64,000 bases of DNA from a virus (lineage: Duplodnaviria; Caudoviricetes), in IMG/VR virus record IMGVR_UViG_2721755344_000003, positions 24,493 to 88,492 of that record; one strand, 5' to 3'. Position 1 is the stretch's first letter, and every line of letters starts with the position of its first letter. The position numbers were made by a program, and so were the translations under genes. This document shows, one piece after another, positions 57,423 to 64,000 of this stretch. The notes beneath the pieces are model-generated. The model did not search any database. It saw nothing but the letters and a program-made list of their open reading frames with translations, and was not told the origin of the DNA.

Positions 57423-58097
57423 TTACTTTGGTTTACTTGTGTCTTCTGCAGCAAACGTAGGAAATCTTCTGGACTCTATTCTTTCAAGATGTGTCTGTAC
57501 TGTCAGATCAACAATCTCAAGGATCTGTTCATCGGCAAAATCACCCTTTGGATTTGATGGTGGATTATAACTTATCTCAGTAGGATAACCGTAGTATTCA
57601 AACTGAGCATAATAAACAGTTACTCCTTCTCCAATATTCATAATCACATTACTTCCGATAATACGATACTTACCTTGTTCACTGTCAGGTTTCTCATATG
57701 GATCAATCTGTGAAATACTTTTCTGAGACGAATCTTCATAGACCATCTGTGTCCATTCGGTTGCAGTCTGCGTCTTTGCTCTCAATGCAGCAGCTCTCCA
57801 ATATTTCTTGGCACTGCCATAAAGAGAACCGGTGGGAAGGTAAAACTTATTTCCTATAATAGTTGAACCTGTTCCACCATGAAGAAAAGCCTCATCAAGT
57901 TCCACAAGGATTGCCCTCAGATCGTCAATACGTTTTTGACCAGCAGTAATGGTCGGACATTTGGATTTCATCCAATTTAGTTGCGACTCATTAATAAGCC
58001 GATTAAAACGTTCCGGTGGTACGGACCCGACACCATACTTTCTTATCCCGTCAAGGAAATACTTGTAGATGTCAACCGATGATGTGAATAGAGCCAT
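57423..58097 (-). CDS. Head-tail ring/adaptor protein (crAss-type)
   Basis: FNRLINESQ ... QKRIDDLR ... Y..YP motifs. Confidence 0.7.
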   Translation of the reverse strand: MALFTSSVDIYKYFLDGIRKYGVGSVPPERFNRLINESQLNWMKSKCPTITAGQKRIDDLRAILVELDEAFLHGGTGSTIIGNKFYLPTGSLYGSAKKYWRAAALRAKTQTATEWTQMVYEDSSQKSISQIDPYEKPDSEQGKYRIIGSNVIMNIGEGVTVYYAQFEYYGYPTEISYNPPSNPKGDFADEQILEIVDLTVQTHLERIESRRFPTFAAEDTSKPK

Positions 58098-58100
58098 TGA

Positions 58101-58913
58101 TTAAAGTGTTTCTTTTTTTTCCTTTAGTTCAGATGACCATTTTATAAGATACGGTTCATTATCATCTTTACGCATAAAACTTACGACTTCGGCAAATGTC
58201 ATACCAAGAAAGACTTCCATCTTTGGACTAACATAAAAACCTCTGCCCTGGGAATCTTTATATATGATCCTATAGTGTGCAAGTTCCTTGACAAAAAGAA
58301 TATCACTATTGTTCTTATCAAAGAACTGAATAACCATATCAGGACTCTTCCTGACAACACCATTGGTGCCTACAAGAGAATCCTTTAATTGTGTATCCGT
58401 CAACACACCTACATCAATGCCAAGCCATATTCCAAGACTTTTATAATCTTTATGTGCAAGGTTTGACCTCACAAGATCTTCAGCCTCGAAAATTCTATCC
58501 GCAAGAGTTAATGAACTTTCAGCTTCACCTTCCATATCTACAATATAGAAGTAATACTTTCCAGGATTACTTTCCATCTGAGCCTTACTCGCTGCTATCC
58601 GTGGTTGTGTAAGAAGATATTCAAGAAAATATTGATCACGTTCTCCAGTAAGATCTAGTTTCATCAGATGAGTCACAGGATAATGCTCATAAGGATCAAT
58701 AGGAAATATTTTATTCCTCTTGGTCACATCAATAGCATTCATCCCTTCTCTACCTGTAAGGTATACACCTTTCTTCTGATCCCATACCGGAGTAGTCATA
58801 TATGGTTTCTTTAAATATGTTCTCGCTTCACGGTTGTTCGGTACTACAGCCAGAGTTACTATTTTACCTACCGGTTGAGGTACCATCTTTTTTTCTTTTA
58901 TTTCTTGTGCCAT
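58101..58913 (-). CDS. Conserved crAss-type protein immediately downstream of the major capsid protein
   Basis: 270 aa; KSPDMVIQFF...FVKE...II pattern; synteny. Confidence 0.6.
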   Translation of the reverse strand: MAQEIKEKKMVPQPVGKIVTLAVVPNNREARTYLKKPYMTTPVWDQKKGVYLTGREGMNAIDVTKRNKIFPIDPYEHYPVTHLMKLDLTGERDQYFLEYLLTQPRIAASKAQMESNPGKYYFYIVDMEGEAESSLTLADRIFEAEDLVRSNLAHKDYKSLGIWLGIDVGVLTDTQLKDSLVGTNGVVRKSPDMVIQFFDKNNSDILFVKELAHYRIIYKDSQGRGFYVSPKMEVFLGMTFAEVVSFMRKDDNEPYLIKWSSELKEKKETL

Positions 58914-58930
58914 GACCTTTTATTTATTTG

Positions 58931-60382
58931 TTATGATACATTGGAATACCTTCTCAGTTCTGCAATACCATTAATATCATGTACTGCAACTCCAGTCTCA
59001 GCAATGATGTGATGATGTTCACCGTCAACAGAGTTAGCAATTGTACCTCCCCTATTGATACCAAGAACTTCACCTTCAATAAAACTCCTGTCACCAAGAC
59101 AGAGTAACTGAATATTCGGTTGTCCAATATCTACGTTTCCAAGTGAAACAAAGATAGCGTGATGAGATTCATTCCTAAGTCCATCGGATCCTATTGATCC
59201 AGGTCTTTCCGGAGAATCAAACCAACGATACCATTGTGGAATAATACGGATCCCACCAAACTCATAATAAGAATAGTTGTTATTGACACCTTTGCCACTC
59301 CCTGCACCTTCAACATTCTGAAGATCTGATCCGGCTTCTTCCTTCATAATCTTTGAAAATGTATTTCTGAAAGCCTGACCGCAGATACAAGCAACATTGG
59401 CAACACCTTCACTATCCTGATAGAGTTCCATATTACTCATGATGTTTTCAAGAACACGTTTGGTAAGTTTATTATAAGGTAATTTGAAAGCACCATCACC
59501 CTGGTTGACGACACCATCGCCACCCATGATCTCAAGTCCTTCCATATTCCTCAAAACAACTTTATCATTATCAGTAACGGTTCCCTGTCCAAGAATCAAT
59601 TGATTCTCACGATAACGATACCATCTTTCCAACATCTTCATATGAGCATGATCGGTCCACATCTTAACACCATTATGAGACATCCATACAGCATTCGGTC
59701 TTAACTGACGTGCAGTACCTGAAATACTCCATTTCATTCTCATGATGGTCATGAAAGTATACGCTTCCTCATCGAAGGTATATTTTTCATAGGCTGTCTC
59801 TGACATTTCTTCGTACATATTATAGAGTACACCAACTTCACATCCGGCAGCAAGTAGTAACGGATCAACAAATTCTGTAGGTTCTTTTGTGATAAGTTTC
59901 ACATGATATGCCCATTCACCGGATCCAATTTCATTGGGAAGATTATCGTCAGCACAGTATAGGTAAGTTTCATTATCCTGCAGTTCAAGAACATCTTTTG
60001 GAGAAAACCAGTTTATATTCAAAAAAATTGTGAATATAGTCTGATCCTTACCAAGAGTACCATCTGTAGTATGTGCTGGAACAGATGATGTGGCTGCCCT
60101 TGTCATGTAGGCTTTACGATCTTCAAGTCCTTTAACTTTCCACATGACCTTCCTATTTCCTACAACCCTGTATGTTTTTTTAGCAAGATTGGCATTGGAA
60201 TAAAGATCACCGGAAGTGAGTCCTTGATTAGCAAGTAGCGTTGTAAACGCAGTGTGTTTACTCCTGAAAAGTTCTGCAGCAAAGTCAAGCATCTCCGGAT
60301 TGCTTATAGCAAACTTGGAGAAGTGACTAGCTGTTGGTGTTTCATTGGCGAACTCTTTAGGATAACCAGGTAATAGTCTCAT
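58931..60382 (-). CDS. Major capsid protein (HK97 fold, crAss-type)
   Basis: 483 aa; YEEMSE, MTIMRMKWSISG, EIMGGDG motifs; position after portal and scaffold. Confidence 0.85.
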   Translation of the reverse strand: MRLLPGYPKEFANETPTASHFSKFAISNPEMLDFAAELFRSKHTAFTTLLANQGLTSGDLYSNANLAKKTYRVVGNRKVMWKVKGLEDRKAYMTRAATSSVPAHTTDGTLGKDQTIFTIFLNINWFSPKDVLELQDNETYLYCADDNLPNEIGSGEWAYHVKLITKEPTEFVDPLLLAAGCEVGVLYNMYEEMSETAYEKYTFDEEAYTFMTIMRMKWSISGTARQLRPNAVWMSHNGVKMWTDHAHMKMLERWYRYRENQLILGQGTVTDNDKVVLRNMEGLEIMGGDGVVNQGDGAFKLPYNKLTKRVLENIMSNMELYQDSEGVANVACICGQAFRNTFSKIMKEEAGSDLQNVEGAGSGKGVNNNYSYYEFGGIRIIPQWYRWFDSPERPGSIGSDGLRNESHHAIFVSLGNVDIGQPNIQLLCLGDRSFIEGEVLGINRGGTIANSVDGEHHHIIAETGVAVHDINGIAELRRYSNVS

Positions 60383-60416
60383 CTTAAAAGTTTTTAAAAA
60401 TGTTATTAATCGAATA

Positions 60417-61463
60417 TCAGGACCCTCTGTCTGGACTACTTAAAGCAGTTTTAACATCAGTCTTAACAATTTGTCCTGGTATTCCTTCTTGGATCTCTGG
60501 ATTCAGTTCAAGTTTATCCCAAATTTCCTGTTTCACCTTTTCTTTTAGATCAGTGTGATAGGCTTTAAACTCTCCCTGACGTAAAAGCATGTAAGCTAAC
60601 CGATATAAAGTTTCATTGTTTGACAATAACTCATTTATCGGTGCATCTTTATCAATACTTGGCGGAGTAATAAGCTCCCGAAAAACTGGTTCGAAAGCCT
60701 CATGTTGAGTTTGACTCAAAGGCAGACCTGCAATTTCCTTAATTTTTCTCGTATCAACAAATAATTTATTTAACATTACATTTCTTTCATCAGATATTTT
60801 CTTCACCTGTTCGTCTACAAGTTTCTTATTATCTACCTGTAACTGTTGTTGTGATGAAGTCTGTTGTTGTTTAATACTTTCCCTGATCCTTCGTGCTTCC
60901 TGTTTTTTCTGGATAGTATTAAGACCATCAACATAACTTTTGATATCATCCTCTTTTAACCCACCAGGATTTTTCGTCTCATCAAACAAACCATGTGTTT
61001 TGACAAGATCGTAACGAATAACTTCTTCATCGGTCTTTCCAAGAACAACCGTATCACCAATCTTTGCTTGTGTCCATTTAGCAAGATCAAAATCTGGTTG
61101 ACTTACAGCATTATGAAGATCAATAGCAAGAGGATTAATATTAATCTGTTGTTTTTCTACAGTTTTATACTTACCAGCAAAATAAGTATCGATCCTTTCC
61201 TGTTCATTATCCTTATTAAGATCTGTAGGTTCAACAAAAGTGTTTCCTTCTTTTGCTTTAATATAAGTCCATACTGGTGATGGAGTAAAAGTTTCTACTG
61301 GTGGAGTTGTCGTTTCACCTTCTCCTTTATCTGCTCCTACATTTGTCCCAGGAGCAACACCAGCATTAAGTAGATTAGTTCCATCAGGTGATCCTAACTG
61401 AGCACCTACGTTTTGTGGTGTAATACCTTGGGTATTGTCACCAACATCTTGTTTCTTTGCCAT
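60417..61463 (-). CDS. Putative capsid scaffolding protein
   Basis: 348 aa; disordered N-terminus, Gln-rich coiled coil; directly upstream of the major capsid gene. Confidence 0.6.
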   Translation of the reverse strand: MAKKQDVGDNTQGITPQNVGAQLGSPDGTNLLNAGVAPGTNVGADKGEGETTTPPVETFTPSPVWTYIKAKEGNTFVEPTDLNKDNEQERIDTYFAGKYKTVEKQQININPLAIDLHNAVSQPDFDLAKWTQAKIGDTVVLGKTDEEVIRYDLVKTHGLFDETKNPGGLKEDDIKSYVDGLNTIQKKQEARRIRESIKQQQTSSQQQLQVDNKKLVDEQVKKISDERNVMLNKLFVDTRKIKEIAGLPLSQTQHEAFEPVFRELITPPSIDKDAPINELLSNNETLYRLAYMLLRQGEFKAYHTDLKEKVKQEIWDKLELNPEIQEGIPGQIVKTDVKTALSSPDRGS

Positions 61464-61464
61464 T

Positions 61465-62028
61465 TTAATTAAATTTTTGTGTTTTATCTATACATACTAT
61501 GCCACCCTGTCGAATGACACCATAAATAATTCCTTCGAATACAATCTGTTCAACAAACTGTCTTGGATCATAATAAACAATATCTCCAACTTTTACTTCC
61601 ATGGGCAACTCTCTACCTTCAGGAGTAATAAAACCTTTTCCTATTGCCCTTACTACACCCTGTCTTGGATGATCCTGAAAATCACTAAGAGGAACTTCCG
61701 CAGTCTTCTTAGCATTGGGATCAATCCTTAACTGTGCATGTTCTCCTTTCATCTCTGCAGCAACCTCACTTGGAGTGAGTATTATCTTCTCTTTCCTATC
61801 GATATAAATAAGTTCAATAATTACCCTGTCAGCCAACGGTTGAAGAGGGAGTTCTGTAAAATCGACATACTGGATGTCATCTGGACCACCTTTAAGAAGT
61901 GATACCGGTTTTGTTTTAATGTCAGCCAACGGTTGAAGAGGGAGTTCTGTAAAATCGACATACTGGATGTCATCTGGACCACCTTTAAGAAGTGATACCG
62001 GTTTTGTTTTAATACCTTCTTGTTTCAT
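61465..62028 (-). CDS. groES: GroES/Cpn10 co-chaperonin with long mobile loop and duplicated N-terminus
   Basis: LQPLADRVII ... GVVRAIGKG ... PMEVKVGDIVYY ... GIIYGVIRQGGIV. Confidence 0.88.
   Translation of the reverse strand: MKQEGIKTKPVSLLKGGPDDIQYVDFTELPLQPLADIKTKPVSLLKGGPDDIQYVDFTELPLQPLADRVIIELIYIDRKEKIILTPSEVAAEMKGEHAQLRIDPNAKKTAEVPLSDFQDHPRQGVVRAIGKGFITPEGRELPMEVKVGDIVYYDPRQFVEQIVFEGIIYGVIRQGGIVCIDKTQKFN
61828..62013. repeat. Perfect 93-bp tandem duplication (31 codons) within groES
   Basis: 61828-61920 is identical to 61921-62013. Confidence 0.97.
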
Positions 62029-62045
62029 AACTTTTGTCTTTAAAT

Positions 62046-64000
62046 TTAGTCTTTAATATTTTCTAATGAACGTCCTTTATTTTTCTGTTTATCAGCAGTA
62101 ATCTTTTCCATACCAAGATTAAGATCCTTATTTATTCCTGCTTCTTGCAAGATAGCATTTAATTTTAACTCTGTCATACGAATAAACTCATCTATACTAC
62201 TATGTTTATCTTGTTGTGCTAACATCTGTGATTCAGTTACATTTTCCGCTACCACTTCAAACATCTTCATTTGATGTTCAAGATCCTGCCCACGTTTAGT
62301 AAGTTCAAGTGTTGCAGTCCTTATCTGTTTATCAGTCTCTTGTTTGGCTGCATCAATCTGAATCTTCATCTGTTCAAGTTGTGCTCTCTGTTTCTCCATA
62401 AGCATATCATATTCCTTACTCAACTTGGTATCTTCAAGTTTCATATCTTTCTGTGCCTGTAAACCCTGTTCAAATCTTTGTTGTTCAAGTTTCATTGCCT
62501 CTTCAGCAAAATATTCAAGTTTCTTCTTCAATTCAGTAAGACTATTAGTATCATACATCTCCAGAACATGAGAAAAAGGAAATGCATTACGTTCATGTTC
62601 TCTCAATGCAAGTTGTTTAAGTTCACCCATTTTCTGATCATCCTTATTCAGATTAGTAACTATAACATCATAATTACTTTTATCAAGTAATCCTGCAGGA
62701 ACTTTAAAGATCTGTTGTTCATTCTGTGCAGAAACATAATCTCTCGTATCACCATTCTTACTAACAAGAAATGCATCTATATTTAAAAGCATTTCCAAAG
62801 CCTCTGCTTCAATAAGATCATGGTCATAGAAAAGATATTCAGTTATAAGATTACTTGCTGTAGTAGCCATCTTATATGTTCCTACCTGGTCTGTCTGAAC
62901 AGTCTGTCCTTCTGCCTCCCGAGTAACACCGGTAATATCTCTTACGGTTTCTATGAGTTTATCTTTTATCTGACCAAGTAACATTATACTCTGAGTAAGT
63001 GTATTGTCATAAGTGGCAAATTGATTATATACTGGATTAACCCTGGATCCTTCCTTGATCGTCTGTATCCATGCAATACCTATCTTACGTTGATAGTGCC
63101 ATTCAGCATCACTCATCTCATCAGGTTTCTGACTCCTATCCATAATGAATCCTTTTACTCCACTTAATGCCAATAATAGTTCTTCATGATATCCTACGAT
63201 ATTATAAAGAAGTTGAACATCCTTAGTTGCCCAAATAAAACTGTATGGATATTCTGTAATATCATTATATGTCTTTCCTATAACAGGAAGTTTAACCTGG
63301 GAAAGATTGTCAATGGAACGAAGTTGAAATGGTTTTTTCTTAAATCCTACATATATATCTCCATCAATAATAACCCCTTGGTAAATATCACTGATATATC
63401 TTGTTTCAATACGTTCACCATCTTTCAGTGATACACTGTCTCTATGTTCTTCTTTGAGATAATTAGTAAAATATTTACCCGGTCTGTGTGGATTGGGAGT
63501 TTTTGTCATTGTTTCTTTTCTCTGGTTCTTCCACCATAACCTGATAACATCCACACCACCTACATTCTCACTTCCTGTATAAAAAGAATTTGTATTCTCA
63601 TCAAACGTAGCATTATTATCAGCATATGAATTCATACGTTGATAATTATTAAACTCATTACTATATGAACTCTCAATTTGTTTAATCTGTTTATCGGTAA
63701 GCAAATGACCAAACTCATCTTTTACCTGTGCCGATGTTAATCGTTCCCTTATGGCAACCCATTGTCCATCCTGCACCCATTTATTATTTCCTATCCTTGG
63801 ATAATAAACTTTCAATCCTGACATATTCTTAAAAGTAGGATATTTATTACCTAAAAGATAATCAACATAAAAATATTCCTTGCCAGTAACAAGTCTTTCA
63901 ATAAAAGCCTTTTTGGATTCTTCATGGATCTTAAGTACCTGGCGTAAATGAAATAGATTCTTCTGAGCAAGTTCTTCTCTGAAATCAAGAGGTTCAAACC
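62046..64000 (-). CDS. Portal protein (5' end outside the window)
   Basis: Frame stays open from 63824 to the window edge (FEPLDFREELAQKN...); VTREAEGQ and crAss-type portal features; synteny. Confidence 0.85.
   Translation of the reverse strand, partial: FEPLDFREELAQKNLFHLRQVLKIHEESKKAFIERLVTGKEYFYVDYLLGNKYPTFKNMSGLKVYYPRIGNNKWVQDGQWVAIRERLTSAQVKDEFGHLLTDKQIKQIESSYSNEFNNYQRMNSYADNNATFDENTNSFYTGSENVGGVDVIRLWWKNQRKETMTKTPNPHRPGKYFTNYLKEEHRDSVSLKDGERIETRYISDIYQGVIIDGDIYVGFKKKPFQLRSIDNLSQVKLPVIGKTYNDITEYPYSFIWATKDVQLLYNIVGYHEELLLALSGVKGFIMDRSQKPDEMSDAEWHYQRKIGIAWIQTIKEGSRVNPVYNQFATYDNTLTQSIMLLGQIKDKLIETVRDITGVTREAEGQTVQTDQVGTYKMATTASNLITEYLFYDHDLIEAEALEMLLNIDAFLVSKNGDTRDYVSAQNEQQIFKVPAGLLDKSNYDVIVTNLNKDDQKMGELKQLALREHERNAFPFSHVLEMYDTNSLTELKKKLEYFAEEAMKLEQQRFEQGLQAQKDMKLEDTKLSKEYDMLMEKQRAQLEQMKIQIDAAKQETDKQIRTATLELTKRGQDLEHQMKMFEVVAENVTESQMLAQQDKHSSIDEFIRMTELKLNAILQEAGINKDLNLGMEKITADKQKNKGRSLENIKD

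Noticed and set aside
27798-63431. Short ORFs nested in or opposite the giant RNAP and structural genes
   Set aside because: Shadow or alternate-frame ORFs of long motif-bearing genes
1-64000. Genome-wide TAG/TGA stop-codon reassignment as in some crAss-like phages
   Set aside because: Long genes are intact under the standard code, many genes end in TGA via ATGA overlaps, and no suppressor tRNA is evident
1-64000. CRISPR array, integrase/att site, IS element
   Set aside because: No regularly spaced repeat-spacer units, recombinase or transposase seen

Overview
This is a 64 kb segment of an AT-rich, crAss-like (Crassvirales-type) lytic phage genome. The host is probably a Bacteroidota species, inferred from a T9SS-sorting-domain gene, a Bacteroidota-type DnaB N-terminus and an SSB-like protein ending in DDLPF. 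Layout: (1) 1-787, three small minus-strand genes. (2) 788-1146, a non-coding strand-switch with a 5-copy motif and C-tracts. (3) 1147-27096, a plus-strand early/replication arm of about 60 mostly tiny genes, including two HNH proteins, DnaB, an SMC-like ATPase, an SSB-like protein, a PD-(D/E)XK nuclease, DUF932, a nucleotidyltransferase, RadC, a lytic transglycosylase and RusA. (4) 27162-64000, a minus-strand virion arm: portal (runs off the window), GroES, scaffold-like protein, major capsid, ring/auxiliary proteins, muzzle/tail-stabilization protein, cargo proteins and a 6369-aa polyvalent virion RNA polymerase. That giant protein has a DFDID catalytic motif plus SF1-helicase-like, SLOG-like and HExxH zincin-like domains. 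The most notable non-coding items are a near-canonical hatchet self-cleaving ribozyme at ~1817-1908 at the head of the early operon, a ~165-nt structured RNA candidate (6156-6323) and an adjacent D-stem-less tRNA-like element (6345-6423). No integrase, DNA polymerase, reverse transcriptase or CRISPR array was seen. All family calls come from motif recognition by eye, not from database searches.
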